NCBI GenBank assembly: GCA_009914755.4
Contig: CP086569.2
Span: 2,816,001-2,880,000, forward strand
DNA length: 64,000 nt
DNA from: the human T2T-CHM13v2.0 reference genome, Homo sapiens
Reading direction: 5' to 3'
The notes beneath the pieces were generated by a model that did no database searches, was not told where the DNA came from, and worked only from the letters and a program-made list of their open reading frames with translations. Positions 49,905 to 62,425 of this stretch are shown one piece after another. Each line of letters begins with the position of its first letter. Position 1 is the stretch's first letter. The position numbers and the translations under genes were made by a program.

Positions 49905-50766
49905 TACACAAAAGGGGTCCGATTCCAGACCCCAAGAGAGGGTTCTTGGATCTTGCACAAGAAAGAATTTGAGACCAGTCCATAGAGCAAAGTAAAAACA
50001 AGTTTATTAAGAAAGTAAGGAAATAAAAGAATGGCTACTCCATAGGCAGAAAACCCCAAGGGCTACTGGTTGATCATTTTTATAGTTATTTCTTGATTTT
50101 GGAGTCTGTCATTAATTTTGGGGAAATCTTGGTTATTGTTACTGAGAGGTGAAGTCAGATGAGCTTCTGGGTCGGATGGGGACTTGGAGAACTTTTGTGT
50201 CTAGCTAAAGGATTGTAAATGCACCAATCAGCACTCTGTAAAATGGGCCAATCAGCACTCTGTAAAACGGACCAACCAGTAGGGCATGGGCAGGGCCAAA
50301 TAAGGGAATAAAAGCTGGCCTCCCAAGCCAGCAGTGGCAACCGGCTCGGGTCCCCTTCCACACTGTGTAAGCTTTGTTCTTTTGCTCTTCACCATAAATC
50401 TTGCTGCTTCTCACTCTTTGGGTCCGCACTACCTTGAAGAGCTGTACCACTCACTGCGAAGGTCTGCGGCTTCACTCCTGAAGTCAGTGAGACAAGGAAC
50501 CCACCAAGAGGAACACACAACTCCGGACGCGCCACCTTTAAGAGCCGTAACACTCACTGCGAAGGTCTGCGGCTTCACTCCTGAAGTCAAGCAAGACCAT
50601 GAACCAACCGGAAGGAAGAAACTCTGGACACATCTGAACATCTGAAGGAACCAACTCTGGACACACCTTCTTTAAAAACTGTAACACTCACTGCAAGGGT
50701 CTGTGGTTTCATTCTTGAAGTCAGTGAGACCAAGAACCCACCGGAAGGAACCAATCCCGGACACAT
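49905..50766 (+). mobile_element. LTR12-family (HERV9 LTR) copy B, apparently terminus-to-terminus for a short subfamily. It contains tandem CCAAT-box motifs and a tandemly repeated R-U5-like region.
   Basis: It starts ...aaaaggggtccgattccagaccccaagagagggttcttggatcttgcacaagaaagaatttgag... The CCAAT repeats read ccaatcagcactctgtaaaatgggccaatcagcactctgtaaaacggaccaaccag, followed by gggaataaaagctggcc. Three tandem units of ~90-135 bp lie at 50435-50766 (c.gtaacactcactgcgaaggtctgcggcttcactcctgaagtca...). The element ends ...aaccaatcccggacaca, as the LTR12 consensus does. Confidence 0.65.
50205..50275 (+). promoter_or_regulatory. Tandem CCAAT-box (NF-Y site-like) repeats within the LTR12 U3 region
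   Basis: caccaatcagcactctgtaaaatgggccaatcagcactctgtaaaacggaccaaccag. Established knowledge: LTR12 U3 CCAAT repeats bind NF-Y, and LTR12 copies can act as alternative promoters. Confidence 0.45.
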
Positions 50767-51366
50767 TACTTCAAATATATATATTTTTATTATCTGTTAT
50801 CTCTCTTCTTTACATCTGGGTTTTTGTATGCTCCTGGCCAACAGACAAAATAGACTCCCCATGGCTAACTGAGGACATTCAAGACAGCCATCACACCACC
50901 TCCGTTTCTATAATCAGGCCAAACCAGTTTCTGTTTTTACTGCCAAGATAAATTACAGCCAGAATTTTCTTCCTCCTCCTTGCTATTTGAAAGAAACATC
51001 TGAAAGAGGCTTCCGGTTTGGGGCTTGAAAACCACCCAATCAGGGATCGACTATTTTGGTCATTCATAACTGAACAAGTTTGAATCCTTTATTTGCATAA
51101 ATGAACCTGATAGAGAACAAGGCAAGAACTTTCCTTATTTAAGCCAGACCTCTCTTTCTTCTTCAGAGAGCACATTTTCATTTTTAATGATGGCTGTGCC
51201 TCCTCAATCTTCAGACTGTTTTTTTCTCCTATGTACAACTCCTTTGTTGTTTTTCTCGTTTCTTTTTTAATTTAGAAAGTAAAGTTCTCCTTTATTCCTC
51301 TGCAAATCTCATGATCTTCTTGTTAACACAACATTTCTGTAATGTATTGTCATGATCCCCCAACAA

Positions 51367-51400
51367 ACACAAACACACACGCGCGCGCACACACACACAC
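51367..51400. repeat. Compound microsatellite (CA)n(CG)4(CA)n, an alternating purine-pyrimidine tract
   Basis: acacaaacacacacgcgcgcgcacacacacacac. Confidence 0.9.
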
Positions 51401-54400
51401 TTTTTTCTGTGTTTTGATTTGGGTAATTTTACTTGATCTATCTTCAAGTTCATGAGTGCTTTCCTCATTTATATTCAAGTTATCAATGAGCTTGTTGAAA
51501 GCACTCTGATATTTCATGTCATCTACTTTTATCATTAGAGACAAACATTTCATTATTACTTTAAATATGTTCTGTGAAATAATGCCAGCATCTTTGTCAT
51601 ACCTGAGTCTTGTTTTAATAATTGTCATACTACTTGAAAGGGTGTTTTTCTTCCTTTTTAATATTTCTTATAATTTTTGTGAAAGCCAGGCATGTTAGAA
51701 AGGGCAGTAAATAATGAGCTAAATATTTTTTATACTTAATGATGAACACACATTTTCTTCAGCTAGACCTTTGTTGTTGAAGTTTGTGTTAGTATAGTCA
51801 GGAGTGAGCTGGTGTTGTTAAGGTTATGCCAGCTGCATCTTTGGCTGTATATTCCTCCAGTGATATGTTGTGTTTAAAAGGTTGAGTAGTTTTACCAGAA
51901 GTTATTTTGGCAATGTCTGCTTCTATTTGGGTTTTGGTTCTGTGTCTTTTCTTTTGTTGTTGTTGTTGTACCCCAGAGAAAACCTGTCTCTTGTAGCTCT
52001 TCAAGTTGTATTTTACTCTTATTTTCACTCAACACTTGTTAACTTGGTAGTGGGTGGTGACATAATGAGGCATTATCTGATGTTCTGATTAAGCCTTGGT
52101 TTTAGGCATGCACTCTGTCACTGGATCTTGCGGACATGGCCTTCAAAATTGCTGCTGTCTACTCTCTATTTCTAGTCCTGGGCCCAGTATATAGTCTTGC
52201 CCCTCCACCAGGGGTGTAGCTAATTCTTCTCTTCTGTTTCTTCACCATTGAGTCAAGGTGACAGTTTTGTTGTTTGTCCAATATAGATTAAGGTAGTTAT
52301 CCTCCCCAATATAGATTAAGGAACATAGGGGATGTGGGTTGTGCAGAATTTTGCCAGTGGCTGTTCTGTCCCTCTTCTAACCCATAGCCAAGAGGTGAAA
52401 CTTTTTAGTATCGTGACAATCTTTTCTGTGAGCATCTGGTGGAATTTTTGGAAGAAAAGCCTAAAAGAGGGTGTGCAGCCTCCTATATTTGGAAACTTCA
52501 GGGGCTTCACACTTTCAAGCCCTTAGCCTTTAGCAATTAGTCCACATTCACCCTTTAGCAATTCATTAATTTTTTAGCTTGATTTTATTACTGGTGTATA
52601 CGATACCTGGTAGTATCACCAGTAAGCAAATACTCAGGTTTTGTTTCTCCCTGAAAGCTCATGTTATTTTACAAGATTTCTTATTAGTTAATTGCCCTGT
52701 GACTGCAATTCTCCTATGGGTTTAATAAAGGAATTAATTTGCAGTTCATCTAAGTTTTCCTAGGTACCGACATTCTTCCCAGATCTGTATATCTTTGAGC
52801 TTAAATCGGAAGTCTCAAATCATGTACTTTTGATGATGCTAGCATATTTTTATTCTTCTTAAACAATCTCAAAAGTTGGAGTTACCATGTAAATAAATTT
52901 CTTACTAAAAATTTGAGTCTAAGTTGGCAAAATGGTTCTCCAGTATCCCAGATGCTTTAATGTTTGTTTCCTACAAGAAGAGGGAGGATTCTCTGTATTA
53001 CCATAACATAAACATCAAAGTTAGGAAATTACTAGTAATAGTTTTTATTATGCTCTTTTCCAATTAAAATTTCTCAACTTATTCAAATAGTGTCCTTTAT
53101 ATCAAAAGAATACAGTTCATAATCACACATTACCTTTAGTCTTCATGTCTTTTGGTCTTCATTCTAAAATAGTTCTCTAGCCTTTCTTTGAATTTCATGA
53201 CTTCAACACTTTTGAAGATTAAAAACAAGTCATCTTGGAGAATTCCTTCAATTTGAAACTGTTTGGTTATTTCTTCTGGTTAGTTATTTAGTTTCAGGTT
53301 ATGAGTCTTTGATATGATATCACAGAGTGAGGCTATATTCTTCCCATTGCATTCTGTCAGCTGGTGTGTGATTTAGATTTTTCCCATTATTGATGGTAAC
53401 TGATCAGTTGATTAAAGGGCTGTCTGCCAGTATTCACCAATGTAAAATTAATCTTTTCAGCTTTGCAATTAATAATAAATGTTTTATGAGGGAATACTTT
53501 GCAAACTACATAAATATCCTATTTCTCATCAAAATTCCCATTTATTAATTTATTTAGTTTTATCTCTGAGGACTCATGGTTCTCAATTTGATGCAATGGG
53601 TTATAATTTATCATTGCCATTATTTATTTTGATGCTCAAATTTTCCCCAGTTTGGCCAATGAAGGTCCACTTTCTATGTCATTTTAATATGTCCCAATAT
53701 TCTTTGAGCTCTCCTTTGCTTCCTGGCACGAGAAATTTTAGATGCATCTTGTATTTTTCCTCTTTATCCCCAAAATGAGCAATTTCTCCCACAGAACCCT
53801 GGTCCCATTGGTGGAGAATAGTATTTAAAAGCATAGATTTAGGTAGTCAGTATACTCACTGTTATGGGAGCATCATCCATCTACACATATGCGCACCCAA
53901 ATATATATCAATTAATTTTTATTAACCTTTATATGTTAAAACCAATGAGTTTATACTAATATCTCTAATTCCACACTAATGGTGCTTGTTGCATCGTAGT
54001 TTTTTTTTTCTATATTTTTAATTGTCTTCTCTGACAATGGAAACTCAGTCTCCCATTATTCTTAATATATTTACTTGCTATGTGCTATACAAAGCAGTAG
54101 GAGGCACTATCTTTTCATTCAATAAATTAAAATATAGTTGTGACAATAAGACATATGAAAAGTCTCCCATTCTCTGTCCACTTTTATTCTCTGCAACCCA
54201 CATGGATGCCCTTCTCACTATACTTGGGCTCTGACTCCCCATGGTAGCTCACACGTCTGTGCAGAATCTTTGTCAACCTATTTAGGCTAATCTTCATGCC
54301 CTACTGTCCCTTTCTGAGCATGGTCACTCTACTCACTACTGTCAGGCTCTGACACTTCAAGCAAGGCTCCCTGTGTGCAGGAACTCCCTCCTCATGTTGC

Positions 54401-54843
54401 TGGGGCTCTCAGATCCCACCTATGTCCCTGAAGCACTTATCCCTGGTGCAGTCTCCTACCTTTCTCTGCTATGCATACTGACTAGGACCGAAATGGTCAG
54501 GAAATGAAGGGAAAATTGAAGGTCTTACTTATATATGTAAATGTATTGTTAACTCTTGTGTTCAACTTTTCATGTCTTTTTTGTCACAATTATATTGAAA
54601 TTCTTTAATTGAAAATAATGTGTCTCATACTTCTTTGTGTAATAAATAATTATGCATAGCAGGGCTCAGTTAACATGTATTGGTTTTGTTTTTTTTAGTT
54701 TATGCTGCTCTTATTCGTTCATTATTTTTCTCATTTATTAAATAAATTATATGCTATAGGTGTGTATATTATGTGTGTGTGTGTATGAGTTTATGAACTA
54801 ATGAAATATAAGAAAACGAAAAAGGTTGTTATAAAAAATGATG

Positions 54844-55161
<318 letters not shown>

Positions 55162-56279
55162 TCATTTGGGTAGTCATTTACTTTAATGACCTGTTTATAA
55201 TAGACTACTAAAAACAAAATTCGTAGCTTCTACATGAGTATTTTAAATGTACTTAAAGTAACTCTATGTAATATGAAATATTTTAGGAATAAAAAATAAA
55301 TTTGAAGTCCTCAGGGACTTTTGATTTCAGCTCCAACATGTAAAATTTAGAGTCTTCACTTCAGTCTTTACAGGAGAAAGTTTAATCAGCTGGAATTCAA
55401 TAACTTTGCTTGGCCCTATCACAGAACTAAGGTCCCAGGACAAACTGCCAACTTGAAATCTAGGGAGTTAGATGGCCCCTAAGAGACAAACTGTGTCTGG
55501 GTAATTGGGAGGAAAGCTGCTGGAGCCATAAACTCTTAGGGGCAGTTATATGGTAATTTTACTGAATTGTTGAAAACTAAGTATAGATTAGAATAAAAAT
55601 TAGAATCTTTTGAGGGGCCACATTTTTAGGGCCCCCTGAACTTTCACAGGCCTTACCTACAAGAACTAGAACAGGTTAACAAGGAGAAGATATGAGAAAT
55701 ATCCCCTAATGGCTTTGGCATGAGGAGAGAAAAATAATCATCTTGGAATAAACCCAAAGCCTTCTTCTCCATGACAAAGGCATACTCTCCAGAGAGAAAT
55801 ACATTGCCAGAACCTTATACCAACTGGGGCAAGGGTTTTGATTCCACTTCAATCCTCTCCAGACTTACTAACTCACACCATAAAGGATGATATAATACTA
55901 AATAGCGCTTCTAGGAAATAAATTCAGAATACTGCAGCGAAAGAAGGGAGTAGGGGACAAGCAGGGAAAAAGGTTACACCACAGGAGAAACACTTGTGAA
56001 GCTACAGACCTGAGACACAGGCCCGCTTAAAGACTAAAGTTTACCCAGATGATTATAGAACAACATACTTCCTCATAACTTACCACCTACGGTACAATAA
56101 CAGTGGATTAAATTCTAAAGAGTTGAACAGCACAGGCTTTCTCTGAGCAAAAGACAACAGTGGAGATGACAACAAGGATAGTGGAGAAATTTGTAGCCTC
56201 TGACACCTACACAAACAGCAAACAATGAGCAAAGGCCAATTTCTAAAGTTGTACTTACCTCAGTTCTTATTGAGACAGC

Positions 56280-56583
56280 CAGGTAGGAAAGGATCCCCAG
56301 AAAAACTCCAGCCGGACTGCACACTGGGAGCAGTGCGCTGGGGTGGAGCCACAGAATTTCGCGCTGTTTGCAGCGGGGAGGAGCCTGGTCCCTCCTCTTC
56401 CTAGGTGGAACCTGGAGTTCAATCTGCCAGGCAGGAAGCACTCTAGGAGGGACTCTGGCCTTGTGGAGAGTCCCTGTTTCCTTCTTTTTCTTTCACCCAA
56501 TAAACCCTGCCCTCTTCACTCTTCAAATTGTCTGCCAGCCTAGTTTTTTGTGGTCTTGTGATAAGGACCCAGTCTTGAGCTCA
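56280..56583. other. CpG-retaining GC-richer segment embedded in the ancient L1, LTR-like in form (TGAGACAG...GAGCTCA; AATAAA at 56502). It also reads as a candidate minus-strand promoter or first exon, ending in a consensus splice donor at 56255-56265.
   Basis: The segment ccggactgcacactgggagcagtgcgctggggtggagccacagaatttcgcgctgtttgcagcggggagg holds 5 CpGs in 70 bp, within old CpG-depleted DNA. The + strand carries ccaataaaccctgccctcttcactcttc. On the minus strand the segment ends ...tctcaataagaactgag|gtaagtacaac. Confidence 0.3.
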
Positions 56584-56689
56584 ACTAAGGAAAAAGTCGC
56601 ACAACATTATTATCTGGTACAGTGTCTGCCTTTCAAGAAAAATAAAAATAAAACACGCAAAAAGGCAAGTGAAACACAGTGTTAAGAAT

Positions 56690-59600
56690 CAAAGGAAGAA
56701 TCAGAACCAGACTCAGATACAACATAGATATTGGAGTTGTAAGATAGACAATATAAAATAACTGTGACTAAAATGTTAAGGATACTAAAGGGAAAAAAAG
56801 GTAACACAAAAGAACAGTGATGGAAGCACTAAAAAAAAAAAAATTAAAAGAAAATACCAGAAATAAAAACTACTCTAAAAATCAAAACGAAGGCCCTTGA
56901 CAGGCTTATCAGTATATGGACAAAGAAAGAATAAGCAAGCTTAGTGATAAGGCAATAAAAGCTTTCCATACTAGAATGCAAAGATTACAAAAAACTGATG
57001 AAACAGAAAAGGAAGAAAATTGTGGAACAGCTTCAAAAGGTGTGACATATTCTTAATTGTAATAACAAAAGGGAAAAAAGGACAACAGAATACTTGAAGT
57101 GATAATGCTTGGAAACATTCAAAATTAATAACAGATAGCAAATCACAGTTTCAAGAAACACAGGAAACACCAAGTTGAAGAATTTAACAGGAAGCTCCTA
57201 AACATATATGTTTGAACTGTAGAAAAGTAAAAAGAGAGAAAATCTTGAAAGAAATAAATACCAGAATAAAAACTGGTACCTTACCATGGAAAAAAGAATT
57301 AAAAACTACAGTCGTTTCTCATCAAAAACTGTGTAAGCAACAAAAGAGTGTAATAAAATATTTAAAGTATTTTTTTAAAAAAACCCACAAACCTAAAAAT
57401 CTATATTCAGTAAAATTTACTAAAATTTACTCTAGGTATGCAAATCTGTTTCAGCATTCTAATAATAATGTAGTCTACCATAAGAACAGAATGAGAAAAA
57501 TAATCACATCATATGATTTTATCACTAAACCCAAAGAAAAACCCTCCCAGCAAACAAAAAATAGGAATACTTGTTAAAGAACACTTATAAAACACTGTTC
57601 GTCACACAAATAACTATCATTATACTTAAAGATGAGAAACTGTATGCTTTCCCACCATCAAGAATAAGTCAAGAATGTCCTCTCTTGTCACTTATTCCAC
57701 ATTGTACTATTGGAATGTCTTAGCTTGTACAACAAGACAAGTGTAGAAAATATATATAGACTGGGAAGAAGTAAAATGACGGTATTTACTCACAGATGAC
57801 ATGTTCTCTATGTGGAAAATCCCAAAGAATTAACAAAGTCCAAAAGAGTTGACAAAATAACTACTGGAACTAATGCATAAATATAGCAAGGTTGCAGAAT
57901 AAAAGGAAAATAAATAAAAATAAATTGATGTCTTATATATCAGCAATGAGTTATAGAAATAAGAACTGTAATAAAAAATACACCACTATTATAGCACCCA
58001 AAAACAGAATACTTAGATATAAATTTATTAAAACATATACAGGATCTATGTGGGGAAACTTCAAAAATCTTATGCAAGAAATCAAACCTCTAAATAAATG
58101 GAGAAAAATAAATAAATCAAGAAATAAATGAATGGAGTGTTACTCTGTGTCTATGAATTAGAAGACTCAATATTAATATGTCCATTTGTTGTCAGTGGCC
58201 TGATTCAATTTCTTGACTTCACTGGGAGTCCAAAGTCAGAGTAAAGAAGTTTATTGCAAAGCAAAAGTTTATTGCAAAGTCAAAATAAAGAAGTTTATTT
58301 CAAAGCAAAAGTGCTCACTGAGAGGCAGAGTGGGCTGCTCAAAAAGCAAGACAGCCCCTAGTGTCTTAAGGGAAATTCCCTTTATGCAACCTGTACATAC
58401 GTATTCATAAAATACTGATGAGGTCAACTATGTAAAGGCGGGCCTGTGGTTGGTAAATGTGCTTAGTATCTACATGCTATAAAATGCATCACATGTATCA
58501 TCAGTGTAGAAAATCTCCACCTAGGGAGCATGTTTTTTTTACTGTTAAAATAAGGGAAAGGTTACTAAATTAAACCTTGAGCCTAGCTGCACATATGGGA
58601 GTCCAGAGAAGCCCCTGTTGCCTCCTACTCAGGCAGGAATTTGTAGCTAATATCTCTTGGGCTTTTGGTGCTGATTGATGGGAGACTGGGGAAGTTGGAA
58701 GTTACATCGGGAATAAGGGACGTTTTTTCTTTTTCCCAGGCTGTACTAGGTATCAGGAACATGTAACTATCTGGCAGTCTGTTGGTATCCTGTAGGACTG
58801 CTTACCTTGCAAAAGAATTAGGTGCTGTTGCACAGGTGTGCAAGGGATGCAGCGCCCACTGGGCTTCATACAAAGGGACAAGCCAGTATAGGCTCCTAAT
58901 CTTACTTATCGTGCCTCAAATTCTTCTTAATTTAATCTACATATTCAATGCACTCCATATTAGAACTCAGAAAATTGTTTGTATATATTGAAACACTAAA
59001 GTTTGTATGAAAAGCAAAAGACAGAATAGACAACAAAATACTAAAGAAGTAGTTTGAGGACACACCCTACATGATGACAAGACTTGCTGTAAAGTTACAG
59101 TAATTAAGACAACATAGTATTAGCAAATAATAGAAACATAGATCCAGGTAACAATATAGAAATTCCATAAATCAACCATGCTAATATATTCAACTGACCT
59201 GTGGCAAGAGAGCAAAGTCAATTAAATGGAGAAAGAATAGTATTTTCAACAAATGGTGCTGGAATATTTGGTCTAACATGTGCAAAAAAAATATGAATCT
59301 AAACACAAATTTTACATGTTTCTCTCCACACACACACAAAACTCAAAATGGATCATAGATCTAAATATGAAATACAAAACTATAGAACTCGGATATGATG
59401 ACAGCACAAAATCTAGGTGATTGGTTTTGACAGTGAATGTTTAGATACATCTTCAATGTGCATTGCTAATTGAAAGGAACTGGTCTGGAAGAGCTACATA
59501 TAATATAATTTCACTTTTTTCACATCCTGGAAAAATTAAAATTAGATAATAAAAAGATCAGTGTTTGCCAGGGTTTTAGGGGGGAGGAGGGAGGGATGAA

Positions 59601-59920
59601 TAAATCTATTATGGTAGATTTTTAGGGCATTAAAACTGTCTTTATGAAACTATAATAGTAGATACATATCACTGTATATGAGAATTTGTTCAAATCCATA
59701 GTGTGTACAACACCAAGAGTGAACTCTAATGGGAATTACGGACTTTAGTTAATAACAACATATTAATGTTAACTCGTCAAATGTAATAAATGCACCACAC
59801 TAATGCAAGATACCAATAATAATGGGAACTGGAGAAAGGGGAGAAACCCCAGAGCAAGCTCTGTGTACCTTTTACTCAATTTTTCTGTAAGGCAAAAACA
59901 GCTAAAAAAAAATCTATTGA
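56690..59920 (+). mobile_element. Ancient L1M-type LINE in + orientation. ORF2 RT remnants run ~56690-58150, the ORF2 C-terminus ~58950-59500 and the 3'UTR to ~59920. It is heavily mutated, with extra sequence at ~58150-58900.
   Basis: The + strand translates to ...KIITSYDFITKPKEK... (L1 has [15 protein letters not shown]), ...HIVLLECLS...WEEVK.RYLLTDDMFSMWKIPKN.QSPKELTK.LLELMHKYSKVA (L1 has [66 protein letters not shown]) and ...NRNIDPGNNIEIP.INHANIF...NSKWIIDLNMKYKTIEL (L1 has [25 protein letters not shown]...NSKWIKDLNVRAKTIKLLEEN). The 3' end reads gtgtttgccagggttttagggggg...gatgaataaatctattatgg (L1M has tggtggttgccaggggctggggg...). Confidence 0.6.
58242..58310. repeat. Short tandem repeat, 3 copies of a ~19-bp unit (agtttattgcaaagcaaa)
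   Basis: taaagaagtttattgcaaagcaaaagtttattgcaaagtcaaaataaagaagtttatttcaaagcaaaag. Confidence 0.8.
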
Positions 59921-60520
59921 TTTTTAAAATTGAACTATCAAGCCACAGAAAACATAGATGAATTTAAAATGCATATTGTGAAGTGAAAGAAGCCAGTCAG
60001 AAAAGGCTTCATATCATATGATTGTAATGATACCATACTCCAGCAAAGGCAAATCTATAGCAATGTTGAAAAGATCCGTGATTGACAAGGATTCAGGGGC
60101 AGAAGAAGAGTTTAATCGGTCTAGTAATACTAATTATCCATATAATGTTAATCTTTTCTCCTATTGATGGATGTCTGTATTTCCAGTTCTTGACTATTAA
60201 GAATAAGTATTATTTAGATTTTTAAGAGTCTGCTAAACTTATCAAACTTAGTGTGGTTTTTTACACTCCTACTAACAATTAGAGTTAATTTGCTTTACAC
60301 TCAAATGGCATTTTGTGTTGTTAGTCTTTATTTGTAATTTTAGCCACTCTGGTGAATGTACTACACCGTATATTTAATGTGAAAAAATCTTTCTGATGAC
60401 TTTTTCATGTTAATGGTGAAGTGTGTGTTAGAATACTTCCCTATTTCTTAAACAAAAAAGTTTATTTAAATGGAGTGTTATAATACTTCCCTATTTTAAA
60501 AAATTGTTGTTTTTAAATAG

Positions 60521-60915
<395 letters not shown>

Positions 60916-61309
60916 TCTATTTATTTTCTTAACAGGGTATTTTGCTAAGAAGTTTTACATTTTGGTGAAGTCTAGTTTTTCCATTTTTTTATTATGCTTA
61001 TTATTTCTTATGACTTCAGATTTCCTTCCCTTCACTTAATTAATGGAGGTATTGTAGTATGATTTCTTTTACCTTGTATTTTGAAATTTTACCTTTTACT
61101 CTGTGGTCCATCTTGAATTATCTTTTATGTATGATGTGAGGATGTGAGATTACTTTTCTTCATATGAAAATGCAATTTTTCCACCTTCCATTCTTGAAGA
61201 AATTAACTTTCCCCATTTGACTGTTTTGGTGTATTGGACAGTAAGTTTAAAAATATGTTTTAAAAAGTATTTGCCATGTTTAAAAAATGTTTAGAAAGAA
61301 AGGCCACAT

Positions 61310-61440
61310 TCTTGTCTTTTTCCTTATCTTAGAGGAAAAGGCTTCAACTTTTCACATTGAGTATGATGTTAGCTGTTGGATTGTCATACATGGATTTTCT
61401 TGTTGGTGAACTTTTCTTCTATACCTAATTTGTAATTGAT
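61310..61440 (-). mobile_element. Small L1 ORF2 fragment (antisense on the + strand)
   Basis: cttcaacttttcacattgagtatgatgttagctgttggattgtcatacatgg resembles L1 antisense gcttccagtttttgcccattcagtatgatattggctgtgggtttgtcatagatag. Confidence 0.45.
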
Positions 61441-61806
61441 AATAATAATATATTGTTTATATCAAAACAGCTAAAAAAGGGATTTTAAATGCTCTCACCA
61501 CAAAGAAATGATAGTATTTGGGTGGGATAAATATGTTAATTGACCATATTTGATTATTCCACAATGTACATGTAACAAAACACCACATTGTACCCCATAA
61601 ATATATAAAATTATTATTTGCAATTAGAAATAAAATATAACTTAAAAAAGAAAATCCATAACTCCTTTCTATAATTTATGAATGTATGTCAAAAGTCTTA
61701 AATTTGGTTTTAAATATCTTGCTGTAACTGATCTTTACTGTCTATTTACAGGTCACTAGACATCCTGCTCCAGGTGTAATTATGCTATTAACACAAACAA
61801 CAGCTG

Positions 61807-61881
61807 GCTCACATGTACTAAGCTCACATGTACTAAGCTCACTTGTACTAGCAGCTCATTGAGCCCACATGTACTAAGCAG
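61807..61881. repeat. 15-bp tandem repeat (minisatellite-like), about 4 copies of GCTCACATGTACTAA
   Basis: gctcacatgtactaa gctcacatgtactaa gctcacttgtactag cagctcattgagcccacatgtactaagcag. Confidence 0.85.
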
Positions 61882-62101
61882 CGTGATAAGTACTTGTATA
61901 TGCAGTATGTCATATACAGGCAATAATTTTAAGAGGTACATATTATGCCTACAAGAATAGGGACCATGACTGTTTTGTTCAACACTGTACACCAGTACCT
62001 AGAGAAGTGATTTGTATATGGTAGACATTCAATAAATCGTTATTGAATGAAGGAACTTCATTTCATGGAAAGAAGATTTCAAAAGTTTCAGTATCTTACA
62101 T

Positions 62102-62425
62102 CAGGGATCCCTGACCCCGGGGCCACAGACTGGTACTGCTCTGTGGCCTGTTAGGAGCTGGCCTGCACAGCAGGAGGTAAGCAGCAGGCTAGCAAGAATT
62201 ACTGCCTGTCATGTTAGTAGTGGCATTGTATTCTCATAGGAGTGTGAACCCTATTGTGAACTGCACCTGTGGGGGATCTAAGTTGTGTGCTCCTTATGCG
62301 AATCTAATGTCTGATGATCTGATCTGATCTGAGGTGGAACGGTTTCATCCCACCCCACACCCATCCACGGAAAGATTGTCTTCCACAAAACTGTTCCCTG
62401 GTACTGAAAAAGCTGGGGACTACTG
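62102..62425. mobile_element. Non-autonomous DNA transposon (MITE-like, hAT-type inferred) of 324 bp, with terminal inverted repeats cagggatcccc / ggggactactg and an 8-bp TSD TCTTACAT / TCTTACAG
   Basis: The body ggccacagactggtactgctctgtggcctgttaggagctggcctgcacagcaggaggtaagc...ttctcataggagtgtgaaccctattgtgaactgcacctgtgggggatctaagttgtgtgctccttatgcgaatctaatg...ggtggaacggtttcatcc...ccacggaaagattgtcttccacaaaactgttccctggtactgaaaaagctggggac matches a widespread mammalian palindromic repeat family; I do not recall its name with certainty. The 8-bp direct repeats sit at 62094-62101 and 62426-62433. Confidence 0.6.

Noticed and set aside
44790-50766. An intact HERV9 provirus, 5'LTR-gag-pol-env-3'LTR
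   Set aside because: The 4.4 kb between the two LTR12 copies is too short. It has no retroviral ORF remnants that I can see, and no PBS directly after copy A. Both copies also start at the LTR 5' end, but their remaining portions differ. A solo-LTR pair or a heavily deleted relic is more likely.
54200-54480. Possible ancient LTR/MLT-like fragment (ccctactgtccctttctgagcatggtcactctact...ctccctcctcatgttgctgg)
   Set aside because: It has pattern-level resemblance only. I could not align it to a consensus from memory.
55900-56690. Possible upstream extension (ORF1 or 5'UTR) of the ancient + strand L1
   Set aside because: I could not obtain a convincing collinear translation against L1 ORF1 or ORF2, so it is left unannotated.
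57212-57577. 121-aa lysine-rich ORF on the + strand
   Set aside because: It translates a decayed L1M ORF2 reverse-transcriptase region (collinear with [15 protein letters not shown]...). It is not an independent gene.
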